64,000 nucleotides of DNA, taken from NCBI RefSeq assembly GCF_963921235.1, contig NC_086108.1:94738001-94802000 (forward strand). The letters run 5' to 3'. Below are positions 38,995-51,512 of this stretch, piece by piece. Under the pieces are notes generated by a model. That model did no database searches and had not been told where the DNA came from. It saw only the letters and a program-made list of their open reading frames with translations. Both the position numbers and the translations under genes were made by a program. Positions within the stretch are counted from its first letter, which is position 1, and each line of letters opens with the position of its first letter. The stretch comes from Mobula hypostoma. Its lineage: Eukaryota.

Positions 38995-40390
38995 CCTAAT
39001 CCTGTTCAAAAAGGGTAGTAGGGATAGTCCGGGTAATTACAGACCAGTGAGCCTTACGTCTGTGGTGGGAAAGCTGTTGGAAAAGGTCCTTAGAGATAGG
39101 ATCTATGGACATTTAGAGAATCATGGTCTGATCAGGGACAGTCAACATGGCTTTGTGAAGGGCAGATCGTGTCTAACAAGCCAGATAGAGTTCTTTGAGG
39201 AGGTGACCAGGCATATAGATGAGGGTAGTGTAGTGGATGTGATCTATATGGATTTTAGTAAGGCATTTGACAAGGTTCCACACAGTAGGCTTATTCAGAA
39301 AGTCAGAAGGCATGGGATCCAGGGAAGTTTGGCCAGGTGGATTCAGAATTGGCTTGCCTGCAGAAGGCAGAGGGTCGTGGTGGAGGGAGTACATTCGGAT
39401 TGGAGGGTTAGTGTCCCACAAGGATCAGTTCTGGGACCTCTATTTTTCGTGATTTTTATTAACGACCTGGATGTGGGGTTAGAAGGATGGGTTGGCAAGT
39501 TTGCAGATGACACAAAGGTTGGTGGTGTTGTAGGTAGTGTAGAGGATTGTCGAAGATTGCAGAGCGACATTGATAGGATAGGGAAGTGGGCTGAGAAATG
39601 GCAGATGGAGTTCAACCCGGAGAAGTGTGAAGTGGTACACTTTGGAAGGACAAACTCCAAGGCAGAGTACAAAGTAAATGGCAGGATACTTGGTACTGTG
39701 GAGGAGCAGAGGGATCTGGGGGCACATGTCCACAGATCCCTAAAAGTTGCCTCACAGGTAGATAGGGTAGTTAAGAAAGTTTATGGGGTGTTAGCTTTCA
39801 TAAGTCAAGGGATAGAGTTTAAGAGTCACGAGGTAATGATGCAGCTCTATAAAACTCTGGTTAGGCCACACTTGGAGTACTGTGTCCAGTTCTGGTCGCA
39901 TCACTATAGGAAGGATGTGGAAGCATTGGAAAGGGTACAGAGGAGATTTATCAGAATGCTGCTTGGTTTAGAGAGTATGCATTATGATCAGAGATTAGGG
40001 CTTTACTCTTTGGAGAGAATGAGGATGGAGGAGACATGATAGAGGTCTACAAGATATTAAGAGGAACAGATAGAGTGGATAGCCAGCGCCTCTTCCCCAG
40101 GGCACCACTGCTCAATGCAAGAGGACATGGCTTTAAGGTAAGGGGTGGGAAGTTCAAGGGGGATTTTAGAGGAAGGTTTTTTTTTACTGAGCGAGTGGCT
40201 GGTGCGTGGAATGCACTGCCTGAGTCAGTGGTGGAGGCAGATACACTAGTGAAGTTTAAGAGTCTACTAGACAGGTACATGGAGGAATTTAAGGTGGGGA
40301 GTTATATGAGAGGCGGGGTTTGAGGGTCAGCACAACATGAGGGTTTGTGGGCCGAAGGGCCTGTACTGTGCTGTACTATTCTATGTTGTA
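38995..40390 (+). mobile_element. 5'-truncated, relatively young CR1 LINE (RT largely open)
   Basis: ORF 38954-40039: [50 protein letters not shown]; continues in 40036-40323. Confidence 0.92.
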
Positions 40391-40567
40391 ACCATATGTC
40401 TTTGGAATGTGGGTGGAAACTAGACCACCCAGAGAAAACTCACTCAGTCATGTGGAGAATGTGCAAACTCCTTACAGACAGTGGTAGGAATCGAACCCCG
40501 ACCCCAATCAGTGATCTCTGACACTGTAAAGTGACTGTACTAACCGCTATGCTACCGCGCGGCACAA
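40391..40567 (-). mobile_element. V-SINE-like SINE fragment
   Basis: Reverse complement of a tRNA-like head (GGTAGCATAGCGGTTAG...GGGTTCGATTCC) and the V-core. Confidence 0.65.
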
Positions 40568-40687
40568 TAAGGAAACTACAGTGAGAAAAATGGAGGGTTA
40601 TGGGCTGTGTAGGTGGGGGGGGCATTAGGTTGATCATGGAATGAGTTTATATAGGTTCGCACAACATTGTGGGCTGAAGTACTAGTA

Positions 40688-42300
40688 CAGCTGTCCCCCG
40701 CTTTTCGAACGTTCGCTTTACGAAACCTCACTGTTACGAAAGACCTACATTAGCTCCCTGTTTTTGCTAACAGAAGGCGTTTTCACCATTATGAAAAAAG
40801 GCAGTACGCAAAAAAAAATCAGCGCGCGATAAAAGACAGTGCGCCGCGCGCCCCGAGCAGCCGCTCTCCCCAGATTCAGAATGGCATTCTAGCCGGCATT
40901 GCTTAAACACGTGCCTGTGAGCATCCGTTTGCAAGATGAGTTCTAAGGTATCGGAAAAGCTTAAAAGAACTCGTAAGGGTGTTACACTTAGCGTAAAACT
41001 AAACATAATTAAGTGTTTCGATCGTGGTGAACGAAGCAAGGACAAAGTGAGTTTGGCTTGTGGAAGTTGACGAAGATGATGTTGAAGAGGTTTTGGCATC
41101 CCATGACCAAGAACTGATAGATGAAGAGCTGATGCAATTGGAAAAGGAAAGGATAACAATCGAAACTGAATGAGTAATGATAAAGTACTTTAATTTTGAA
41201 AGGGTACGTAGGTTTAGGGCATATTTGCAGGATGGTTTGAGTGCTTACAAAGACCTGTGTGATAGAAAAATGCGCGAGGTTCAGCAGTCAAGCAAGCCTT
41301 CCACATCAGCCACAGCAGACGACGAACCTCGACCTTCGACATCGAGGTGGGCAGTCATCGGAGAAGATGAGCTGCATGCCCTAATGGAAACAGATGACGA
41401 TGAGGTGACACCCCAGTGTCCCACCACCCCAAACCCAGGGCCCCGGACAGATACCGATTTGCGGAGAATGCAGCAGCAACCGAGAGGCACAGAGCACATC
41501 TTTAAGAGAAAAGCCAAAATAAACAAACTAATTAATTAGGTGTCGCCCAGCACGTAAATGTCGGCCTAGATCAGAGACGATTGCATCGCCTCTGATCTGG
41601 GCCGACATTTACGTGCTGGACGGCACCTAATTAATTAGCTTGTTTATTTCGGCTTTCTTCTTGAAGATGTGCTGTGTGCCTCCTGGCCACCGCTGCACCC
41701 CTGCATACTTCACGGATTGGTATCAGTCGGCGGCCCGGAGGGTGGGGGCCACTGCACCACCCAAACTCCAATGACTCAGTCTAACACACCATCATCAGTG
41801 TGCTCGGCAAGCTGTCTTCCCGATTCCCGTAAGTGATACTACACTGTACATACATTATTTCTACTTTTATATCGGCTGTGTATTTTTAGGTGTTATTTGG
41901 TATTATTTGGCAGCTTCATAGCCTAAAGGTTACTGAAGAGAGTGTTTTACCAACAGCGCCTGCGTGAGATTTTCTGCCGAGAGCACTTGCGCCGTTTTTG
42001 CCGACGGCGCTTGCGTGAGATTTTCATTACCGAGAACAGTGCAGGCAATCGTTGTAGAGAAGTATTTCTAATTTATATAGGCTGCGTATTTATCATATCA
42101 TTCCTGCTTTTACTATATGTTACTGTTATTTTAGGTTTTATGTGTTATTTGGCATGATTTGGTAGGTTATTTTTGGGTCTGCAAACGCTCACAAATTTTT
42201 CCCATATAAATAAATGGTAATTGCTTCTTCGCTTTATGACATTCCGGCTTAAGAACCGTTTCATAGGAACACTCTACCTTCAGATGGCGGGGGAAACCTG
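40688..42300 (+). mobile_element. Tigger/pogo-derived non-autonomous DNA transposon with internal palindrome
   Basis: TA|CAGCTGTCCCCCGC ... GCGGGGGAAACCTG|TA; remnants RKGVTLSVKLNIIKCFDRGE (CENP-B-type HTH) and EDDVEEVLASHDQELIDEEL. Confidence 0.8.
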
Positions 42301-42565
42301 TACTATGCTGTTCTGTCCCATGTTATTGCTGTGTAGTTCCAGAAAGATTTTGCTACAGAAATTGATCATCATAATTGGTTTCACTGTACTCCACTCTGTG
42401 GGCACTTCATTAATTGCATCAATAACAGTCTGCTTCTTGAAAAAAGAATTCCAAATAATTTCCTTTACTAACATGTTTTTAATAATAATTCTGTTCAGTA
42501 ACTCCTTTTAGCATGTGGAATTATTCCCTCATGAGTAAGTTGGAATACAGAAGTCTTATTTACTG

Positions 42566-42862
42566 ATGCCTCAAGGCGGCGGCAAACTTCATTAAGGACC
42601 CTCTTCTTATTACTACCATCAGGGAGGAGGTACAGGAGCCTGAAGACCTACACTCAATGACTTAAGAATAGCTTTTTCCCCCTCCAACAACCATCAGATT
42701 TCTTGAATGGCCCATGAATCCATGAACACTACTTAATTATTCAATTTTTTGCACTATTTATTTTGTAATTTATAGTAATTTTTATGTCTTGTACTGTACT
42801 GCTACTGCAAAACAACAGCTATCACAACATGCAGCAGTGGTAATAAACCTGATTCTGATTCT
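42566..42862 (+). mobile_element. Rex1/L2-group LINE 3' fragment
   Basis: LLPSGRRYRSLK motif; tail aataaacctgattctgattct. Confidence 0.7.
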
Positions 42863-43374
42863 TGTCAGATTGCTCTGTTGATGGCAACAGATGATCGCTT
42901 TGTGGATTCCTTGACATTTAACACTTAATCCCATAGAAGAGCTTTGCAATCTTTTAGGGAAAGAAGAAAAAAATCAAATAACTCAATCTCATTTATGTTA
43001 CTCAGAAGTTTTGAGGGAAAGAGAATTTTTTTTTTGCATTTTTTATATATTAGTATTTTTGTATGCTTTTGCTAACAGGTGAAGATCTACTGATTTGGGT
43101 TTGATTGGATAATTATAAAAATGAAATGCACAGTTAGTAATTGACTGCTGAAAAGTTAATATAAAAAGTCATTTTCTTTGATCAAAATCTAAATCAATCT
43201 GAGAAAATAATGTTCTTCAATAATTTAATCTATTATATAAAAAGTAATAGGAAAGAAAGAAATAGGTCACTCACTATTTTAAATTCTGTTCTACTCAAGA
43301 TCAGTAGTTTAAAAATTTTAATTTTCTTTATAGCATTAATACCCATGCAGTTTATTTCAACCCTTCTTAAATGG

Positions 43375-43675
43375 CTAGCACAAGAGGGCATAGTTTTAAG
43401 GTGCTTGGAAGTAGGTACAGAGGAGATGTCAGGGGTAAGTTTGTTTGTTGTTTTTTTTTACACAGAGAGTCATGAGTGCATGGAATGGGCTGCCGGCGGT
43501 GGTGGTGGAGGCGGAAATGATGGGGTCTTCTAAGAGACTCCTGGATGGCTACGTGGAGCTTAGAAAAACAGAGGGCTATGGGTAAAGCCTAAGTAGTTCC
43601 TAAGATAGGGACAGGTTCGGCATAGCTTTGTGGGCCGAAGGGCCTGTATTGTGTTGTAGGTTTTCTGTGTTTCTA
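43375..43675 (+). mobile_element. CR1 3' fragment abutting a splice donor
   Basis: RGHSFK...FFYTES, gggccgaagggcctgta...tttctgtgtttcta tail. Confidence 0.75.
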
Positions 43676-43681
43676 ACTCAC

Positions 43682-43895
43682 CTCAATTCATTTGTGAGCT
43701 CTTCAATGGTGCAATTCTTTTCTTCAATGCTGTTCTGAGCCTTTTGAAGTACATCTCGAAGCTCCTTAAGCTGATCTAAAGTGTCTTGTAATTCTTTATA
43801 CATGTTCTTTAATTGACTGTCCATCTCCAGAGCTTTCTGCACTGAATTCCTACAGTCTGACTCTGTTTGATGCAGATTTTCCTCCAGTTCATCAA
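43682..43895 (-). CDS. CCDC18: CCDC18 exon (V-DELEENLHQT...[28 protein letters not shown], 214 nt)
   Basis: gaacag|TT ... AG|gtgagt, phase 1/2; matches recalled human [29 protein letters not shown]. Confidence 0.93.
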
Positions 43896-44455
43896 CTGTT
43901 CGGCATATTTCAAATTAAGTACATTTACATAAAGGGAAAAATAAAATTTTACTTTGTTATATTTAACATTATATAGCTGCATCTAAACAAGATGCAATCT
44001 AATAAACTCTTCTTGAGCTTCCATCAAGAAGATAGCAGAGTTTGTCATCAAAATGTCAGTGAAATTGATATCTGTACCCAGCTGGAAGCCCAAGAAGAAT
44101 TTATTCCTCATATACACCAGGAAAGCGCTAGATCCTTTCTTCAAAATGCAATCTCTGCAAATTTAAAAGAAATACCAAAATACTTTACAAATGTAAATTT
44201 TCTAACATATCACTTCGTTGTATATAGCATAATGAAAAGAAACCCAATTATAAAAATAAATTGAAATTAAATGCTCAAATTTTTTTTCACAACAGCTTTA
44301 GAGAGTATAAAACATTGTTAATTATCTTTGTACTGATGATTAATTTCCTAAGAATTTCAATTTTTAGAAAATTTCTCCATGGCAAACAAAAAAAATTAGG
44401 TACTTAAAATAAATATTAATTTGACATATACACACCCACACAAAGTATTTAGTAC

Positions 44456-44619
44456 CTTGTTTAGATTTCTTGTTCAATTCTGTCTGTGTATTATGCAGAG
44501 TCATTTCTAACTGGTTAAGATAGACATCCTTCTCTGCAATATCTTCCCTTAGTTGAGAAAGTTCATTTTCCAATACGGTAACTTTATCTTTGTATTTTTC
44601 CATTTCTGTCTTTGTGTCT
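44456..44619 (-). CDS. CCDC18: CCDC18 exon (K-DTKTEMEKYK...TELNKKSKQ, 164 nt)
   Basis: cattag|A GAC ... CAA G|gtacta, phase 2/1. Confidence 0.9.
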
Positions 44620-45821
44620 CTAATGAGTACAGTAAAATAAATGAATACTTGGAACAAAACTCATGAGTGATAAATAGTCAGTTCCCATGTACAAAATCTT
44701 TGAAGCTTCAGTGGATGCCCAAAAATATAATCTATAACTCAAGAAGCTAGCTTATTCTTAGCCATTCATATAATATTAAAAAAGTTAAACAAAAGACCAT
44801 CTTAACCATAAAGACAAAGCTCAGAATTTTTTCTTTAAGAAATTAAAAACATTTTCACATGGAAAATTAATTATACTTTATAAAAATAACTATGTTCACA
44901 AAGTAATACTTTTTTTTTAAATGTGCAACTATATCCTAACTTTCACAACTTCTGAGTATTACAATCACATTACAACAAATAAAATACTTCTATCATATAT
45001 TCAAGTTTGCAATTTAAGGAAGCGCAGCAGCCAACTTTCCACAATGACAAGATTAACTTTTGTGAATTATGCAGGATAAATAATAACCAGGAAAACTGAG
45101 AACTTCTTGCTCCATTTCTAATGTAGCACAGATCTACAATCAACAATTTAGGTATGGCTTTAGTTCCTGCTGTTAGCTAATTCTCCCATTATTGTTAGCA
45201 TAGTTAGCTTGGCATCCATCAGCCACCTGAGAGGCCTTGATTTGTTCAAGCAATACTTTCCTACATAACATCCAACAAGATACTGAGGATCCAAGTAACC
45301 CAGATGCTCAAATCTTTTCAGAAATGTTCCCACAGACCGCCAATGAAACTTACACCTCTTTAAAACTTGCAGGTTTGATTTGAGGAGAGTGGCCAACAGA
45401 TTTCAAAGCATCTCCCATGCTGCACTGACAATAATTAGGCATAATTAGGGCTCCAGTGAAATTTAATCATGCCTTACACCACAAACAAAAAAATCTCATT
45501 TTCTTTAAAGCATTTATCCCTTCAAATGCTGTCTGAATCATAAGCATTTTCACAATTTACTCTTATAGCCAAACTGTCATCTTGTGATGAAATCAAGTCC
45601 ACAAAGAACATGACTAAAGTTGTCCCCAATTCAATTCCAGCAGGACTCTGACCTCTGACTCTTATACTAGATTCAATCACAGGGTCCTAATTAATAAAGT
45701 TGTGAACTGCAATTTTTACTCATGAGCACTTATTTTAAAATTTAACCATGCTGATTCAACAATGCTGAAAAAGTGACAAAGAAATGAACAACAGTTTTAT
45801 CATCTTCTGCACAAGACTTAC

Positions 45822-45964
45822 TTCAGAGCACTACAAAGTTCAGACACCTGCTGATGTTTGGAATCCTGTTCTTCATAGGCCTTGAAAAGTTTGTCTTCTG
45901 CTTTGGTCAGCTCATCTGTAAATGTCATCTTCTGTTTCAATAACTCTTGCTCCAGTTTAGAAAC
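45822..45964 (-). CDS. CCDC18: CCDC18 exon (VSKLEQELLKQK...VSELCSAL-K, 143 nt)
   Basis: aaatag|GTT ... AA|gtaagt, phase 0/2; recalled human VSKLEQELQKQR. Confidence 0.92.
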
Positions 45965-46055
45965 CTATTTCATAAATATCCTTTATTACAATATTATTCC
46001 AGAGAGATGCTTCATTAAACTGGTGTCCTTATAAAAAGTAATTGTATACAATCAC

Positions 46056-46223
46056 CTCTCCCTGAAGAACTGCCTGGTGGTCTTCTAAGTCTCCAATCCT
46101 AGCTGTCCCTTGCTGTAACATTTGTTGGTAGTGCTGCAGTGTCTGCTGCTGTTGAATATTCTGCTCATTTGCTTCCTTTAAGTTGTGTGCAGACATCTTC
46201 AGCTCTTTCTGGAGGCAATGTAC
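46056..46223 (-). CDS. CCDC18: CCDC18 exon (VHCLQKELKM...AVLQGE, 168 nt)
   Basis: ttgaag|GTA ... GAG|gtgatt; recalled human VYCLQKELK...QQMLQQ. Confidence 0.92.
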
Positions 46224-46359
46224 CTTCAAGACAAAAATCAGGAAATCTCTACTGCCTCTTGAAGTTTTCATAAACTGGTCCTGTTCAACACTTAATGAAA
46301 CTGTATGGTACCTCAAAAGTTAAATACTCTATATGGTTTCTGTAATTTTGCACCCAAAA

Positions 46360-46871
46360 TACTCAGTGGCCACTTTATTAGGTGCCTCCTGTATGGTCGT
46401 GGTCTTCTGCTGCTGTAACCCATCCACTTCTAGGTTTGATGTGCTGTGCATTCAGAGATGCTCTTCTGCACGCCACTGTTGTAACGCATGGTTATTTGAG
46501 TTACTGCCACCTTCCTGTTGACTTGAAATAGTTCGATTCACATTCACCCACAGAACTGCCACTCACTGGATATTTTTTGTTTATCGCACCATTCTCTGTA
46601 AACTCTAGAGGTTGATGTGCATTTAGATCCCAGGAGATCAGCAGTTTCTGAGATACTCAAACCACATCATCTGACGCCAGCAGTCGTTCCACGGTTAAAG
46701 TCATTTCGATCACATTTCTTCCTGATTTTGATGTCTGAATAACTGAACTTCTTGATCTTGTCAGTATGCGTGCAGTGCATGTACTGAGTTGTTACCACAT
46801 GGTTAGCTGGTTAGGTATTTGCATTAATGAGCAGGTGTACAGGTATACCTACGAAAAAGGCCACTGAGTGT
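46360..46871 (-). mobile_element. Tc1-derived MITE, same family as 13325-13872
   Basis: ACTCAGTGGCCACTTTATT ... GGCCACTGAGTG termini; interior is the reverse complement of 13400-13800. Confidence 0.8.
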
Positions 46872-48002
46872 ATATTACCTCATGTTTTCCCAGAATTATC
46901 TATAGCATTTATCTATCATCCTGCTTGCTTCCTCCCTGAGCACCTGTTTTACAATTATTATAGTTTGTCAGATGCCTCAATTACCACCAGAAATATGGTC
47001 AATACTGATTACTGAATCCAGAATGGCTACATTGAATGAGCATTCCACGGTCTTGAAATATGACAGTGGTGGTTAAGAGGTTGGTAAAAAGACACAACCA
47101 TATAAGGGTGGAGGAAATCATAGAGTCATAGAAAAGTACAGCACAGAAACAGGCCCTTTGGCCCATTTAGTCTGTGCCAAGCCATTTAAACTGCCTACTC
47201 CCATTGATCTGCACTGGGACCATAAGCCTCCATTCCCCTACCATCTAGGTACCTATCCAAACTTCTCTTTAATGTTGAAATCGAGCTGGCATGCACATGA
47301 TCATGGATAGGCAGAAGAGATTTAGCTTAATTTGATGTCATGTTTGGGCAGAAATTGAGGTATGAAGGGTCTATATCCCTGTACTGTACTTTTCTGTGTT
47401 CTAAATCAAATATTAATAGCATTTGTGGTTTACACATTTCTTCAGATTTGCAGAAAGCAATCAAACACCTAGGTTACAGATGTCTACAATCATAAATAAA
47501 TGATACTCATACGAAATAACAATAAATATGATTTGAATAACTTATATACTTATTTTACTCTCTTCCTCTGCCCTTTCCAACCCAAGCCTGCATGTTAAGT
47601 ACATTTCTTTCAAAAGATTCTTGGCACCATTTTCCAACATTGCCAAATTTATTAACCTAGAAAAAGATGCACATTGTCTTCTTGGCAACAGATCAGTTGG
47701 GCAAGACAAATAAAATGAGAGAAAAGCTCTTTTGAAAAGCTTTGAATATTTAAGTGGATATTATAAATGGTTATAGACTATACTTGTCTTTTCTTAAAGA
47801 CAACACTTTAGAGAAACTCTGCATGCTTTTGTACAAGTGTTATTTTGTGTCATTTTTTCAATTACTACAATGAGGAAAAATGCCAGTGTAAGAGAATTTT
47901 TTAAAACTTTGTTATTTGGTTTGTTGATTGCAAGACGACAATAACTAATTCTTTTAGCTAAAAGAATGCTTTATACAGCAGTATGGCGTAAGTTAAATTT
48001 AC

Positions 48003-48119
48003 CTCTTCTGATTTTTTCCTCAATTTTTTCTCTTGTTGCTCCCTGTTTTTATCAACTTGCTGCAGTTGCATTTTTAATTCCTCATTGCACTTCGCCAGTG
48101 CAGATTCCAGTTCTTTAAC
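48003..48119 (-). CDS. CCDC18: CCDC18 exon (VKELESALAKCNEEL...LRKKSEE, 117 nt)
   Basis: atacag|GTT ... GAG|gtaaat; recalled human VRQLDSALEICKEEL...LKKKSEE. Confidence 0.92.
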
Positions 48120-48327
48120 CTGTATATATAAAAAAAACTGTACAACTGATAAAATATTTAAAACTTTCTATGAACTATTACTGGTCCCGGAAACAGAAAT
48201 TGCCATAAAATGGTCACCAATTTGAAGATCTCACACTTAGATTTAGACATATATTCTCAAAAAAATGAAAGAAGATACATTCTACAATATCAAGCTGCTA
48301 AATTATTATAAATTGAAATTTACAAAC

Positions 48328-48405
48328 TTTGGAAGTTTCTTCTTCTACTTGAGTTTGCAAGGTTTTTAATGCTGCATCATTTCTTTCATTCTGCTGCTTT
48401 GATTC
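48328..48405 (-). CDS. CCDC18: CCDC18 exon (ESKQQNERNDAALKTLQTQVEEETSK, 78 nt)
   Basis: ttgcag|GAA ... AAA|gtttgt; recalled human LQNQVSEETIK. Confidence 0.85.
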
Positions 48406-48542
48406 CTGCAAGCATGAATAAAGTCAGTTAGAAATTAAATTAACATGCAAAAATGTTTTCAATAGAACTGACAGACTGATAGAAACTATATGCTTCTATG
48501 CTAAACTAATCTAGCCAAATACAAGGATATTATACTTTTTTT

Positions 48543-48855
48543 GGCCACGTGGCCAAGTGGTTAAGGCATTGGACTAGCGACCTGAAGGTCGTGAGTTCGA
48601 GCCCCAGCCGAGGCAACATGTTGTGTCCTTGAGCAAGGCACTTAATCACACACTGCTCTGCGACGACACTGGTGCCAAGCTGTATGGGTCCTAATGCCTT
48701 TCCCTTGGACAACATCGGTGTCGTGGAGAGGGGAGACTTGCAGCATGGGCAACTGCTGGTCTTCCATACAACCTTGCCCAGGCCTGCACCCTGGAGAGTG
48801 AAGACTTTCCAGGTGCAGATCCATGGTCTCGCAAGACTAACGGATGCCTTTACTA
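48543..48855 (+). mobile_element. tRNA-derived SINE with well preserved A and B boxes
   Basis: TGGCCAAGTGG (A box), GAGTTCGAGCC (B box), then GTGTCCTTGAGCAAGGCACTTAA SINE core and a non-tRNA body. Confidence 0.8.
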
Positions 48856-49863
48856 TTTGGCATAGAGCAAATATTTTTAATGTTTAATACAAATAAGGGT
48901 AAAATGAAAGGGATCATCTTCACTCAGAGGGTGGTCTGAGTGTGAACAAGCTGCCCCGAGAAGTGGTGGCTGTGGGAAATTGGAGGGGGGGAGGGGGGGA
49001 GAAAGAGGAGGGGGGAGTGGTGCAGTATTAGTATCTTTTGTTGATACCTCCTTCAACTGAAAGATGATGCCTCTAATCATTCCTCTAATCTACATGAGCA
49101 TTTCCATAACTTTCTGTTTTTAGTTTAAGTTTACAACATCTACAAATATTTCTGTTAGTACCACTGGTATGCCTGTTTATTGGCTTTGGGAGTTCAATGG
49201 TTTTCACAATTTTGCCAACAGAGCTGCATTTAATTACTGAGTAGTTTTGGTCTTTGAACCACATTTTCACTCATGGAAACAGACAAATTTCTTTTTGGAA
49301 TGTCCATTCTACCATCAACTGTTCTAATGACATTTTCCTTAGCAAGGCAGCTTTATTTATTTGCTTGTTTACTTATTATATATTTTGATTTGTGGTACGT
49401 GGTCAAGACTTGTTATCTGAACACAAAAGTATTTCCGTGTCTTTGCTTTTAATTTAAAACCAAGAAAAAATGTAAACCATAATTACATTGTCAGGCCTAG
49501 ACTCAGGTCAGAGTCATAGAACACTACAGCACAGAAACAGGCTGTTGGCCCTGTGCCAAACCATTAATCAGGCTAGTCCCATCGACCTGCACCCGGACCA
49601 TAGCTGTCCATACTCCTCCTATCCAAATTTCTCTTAAGTTTTGTAATCGAACCTGCATTCACCACTTGAGCTGGCAGCTTGTTCCACACTCTCACCAACT
49701 CCTGAGTGAAGATGTTGCTGCTCGTGTTCCCCTTAAACATTTCACCTTTCACCCTTAACTTATGATCTCTAGATGTAGTCTCACCCAACCTCAGTGGGAA
49801 AAGCCTGCTTGCATTTATTTCTGGTGAACGCAGCAGGCCAGGCAGCATCTCTAGGAAGAGGCA

Positions 49864-49901
49864 CAGTCGACGTTTCGGGCAGAGACCCTTCGTCAGGACT
49901 A
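49864..49901 (-). ncRNA. Minimal type I hammerhead ribozyme motif
   Basis: UAGUC-CUGACGA-A-GGGUCUCUGCCC-GAAAC-GUC/GACUG. Confidence 0.7.
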
Positions 49902-50155
49902 ACTGAAGGAAGAGCTAGTAAGAGATTTGAAAGTGGGAGGGGGAGGGGGAGATCCAAAATGATAGGAGGTTTTTTTTCCCCCCCTCCACCTTTTCCTTCT
50001 CCCTGGGCCTCCTGTCCCATGATCCTCTCATATCCCTTTTGCCAATCATCTGTCCAGTTCTTGGCTCCATCCCTCCCCTTCCTGTCTTCTCCTGTCATTT
50101 TGGATCTCCCCCTCCCCCTCCCACTTTCAAATCTCTTACTAGCTCTTCCTTCAGT

Positions 50156-50193
50156 TAGTCCTGACGAAGAGTCTCGGCCCGAAATGTCGACTG
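50156..50193 (+). ncRNA. Hammerhead ribozyme motif, mutated (GAAAU; stem II mismatch)
   Basis: UAGUC-CUGACGA-A-GAGUCUCGGCCC-GAAAU-GUC/GACUG. Confidence 0.55.
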
Positions 50194-51512
50194 TACCTCT
50201 TCCTAGAGACACTGCCTGGCCTGCTGCATTCACCAGCAACTCTGATGTGCGTTGCTTGAATTTCCAGCATCTGCAGAATTCCTTGTGCTTGCATTTATTT
50301 ATTGGGATACAACATGGAATAGGCGCTTCTGGCCCTTCATACCACGCCACTGATTTAATCCAAGCCTAATCACAGGAGAATTCCACCCAGTGTGTCTTTT
50401 TATGGACTATGGGGTGGAAGCTGGAGCACCCAGAGGGAAGCCACGCAGTCATGGGTAGAACTTACAAACTCCTTACAGGCAGTGGTGGGAACTGAACCCA
50501 GATCACTGGTACTGTAAAATATTGTACTAACCACTACGCTACCATGCTGCCATTTACCCGATCTCTACCCCTCATAATTTGGTATACTTCTATCAAATCT
50601 CCCCTCAATCTTCTATGTTCTAACATATTTAACCTTTCTTTATAACTCAGGTCCTCAAGTCACAGCAACATCATTGTAAATTTTCTCTGTACTCCTTCAA
50701 TCTTACTTACATCTTTCCTGTAGGTCAGAGTGAATAAGGAGGGCAGATTTCCTTCCCTAAATCAGAATAGTAAATCAGATGATACTGATGCTCTTTTTCA
50801 CCCCCATAATATAGTAGTATGAAGTAAAGCTTAGGGGAAAGGAGTTATTTTTATAATTCTCAAGGTTTTTGATCAAAGATATAGTTACCCATAAATGTGC
50901 AAATGCAAAGTCCAATTCACAGCAAAACCATTACTAGGTCTAGACAGATACTGTCTCACTAAATTGGCAATGTTGAGACCATGTAAGACTGATGGTTATT
51001 GATATTCACTCAGCAAGTACATCAGGATAATGGATTAAAGTGGAGAGGTGTAATTTAATCGAGTTATGGAGAAGCTAAGTGATGAATGCTTTAATGTTTT
51101 CCAGTATTCAACAAACATAATGGGACAGAAAAGTACTAGCTGATCTTTCCACTGGTGGCCACTGGAGAAAAGCTGTATGAAGAGAACAAGGAATCATCTG
51201 AAAAATTTATGTACTTTCATAAAGGCAGGAAAGCCCAGCAGTGAATGACTTGAAGTAACAGTTGTAAAACAAATACTAGCAATTCAATTTCATGAACATC
51301 CATAATTTTAACTTTAACAACATATCCATGAGCAAAGTCTCATTTCAAACGAAAATGCAATTTTCTGACTTACCAGCAATATAGCTAGATGTTGTCGACA
51401 TCACAATATTCTGAAAGCATTGATTTAGGCAAAAATCTTTTCATAAATTTAATACTTATCTAATCCCTAATAGGTCTAAACTATTAAAAAAATATATATT
51501 TTTTAAACTTGC

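Larger units (their letters stand above)
49821..50285. mobile_element. Fold-back Penelope-like pLTR insertion with 15-bp TSD
   Basis: TSD tgcttgcatttattt at 49806-49820 and 50286-50300; 49821-49970 is an inverted copy of about 50085-50236. Confidence 0.88.
49510..50725 (-). mobile_element. CR1 3' fragment interrupted by a SINE (~50300-50552) and a PLE fold-back
   Basis: FTQELVRVWNKLP motif; the CR1 resumes at catttacccg (50551). Confidence 0.75.

Noticed and set aside
38954..40323. 361-aa ORF as a host gene
   Set aside because: It is CR1 reverse transcriptase, 5'-truncated and frameshifted near 40036.
48543..48615. Possible tRNA gene
   Set aside because: A/B boxes are present, but there is no proper acceptor stem or terminator and it runs into a SINE body; it is a SINE head.
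48974..49022. G-rich tract with G-quadruplex potential
   Set aside because: Low-complexity run beside a CR1 fragment; no supporting context.
49781..50369. Overlapping 189-aa and 191-aa ORFs on opposite strands with similar sequence
   Set aside because: By-product of the fold-back pLTR; the same pseudo-peptide (LVNAAGQAASLGRG) recurs at each repeat copy.
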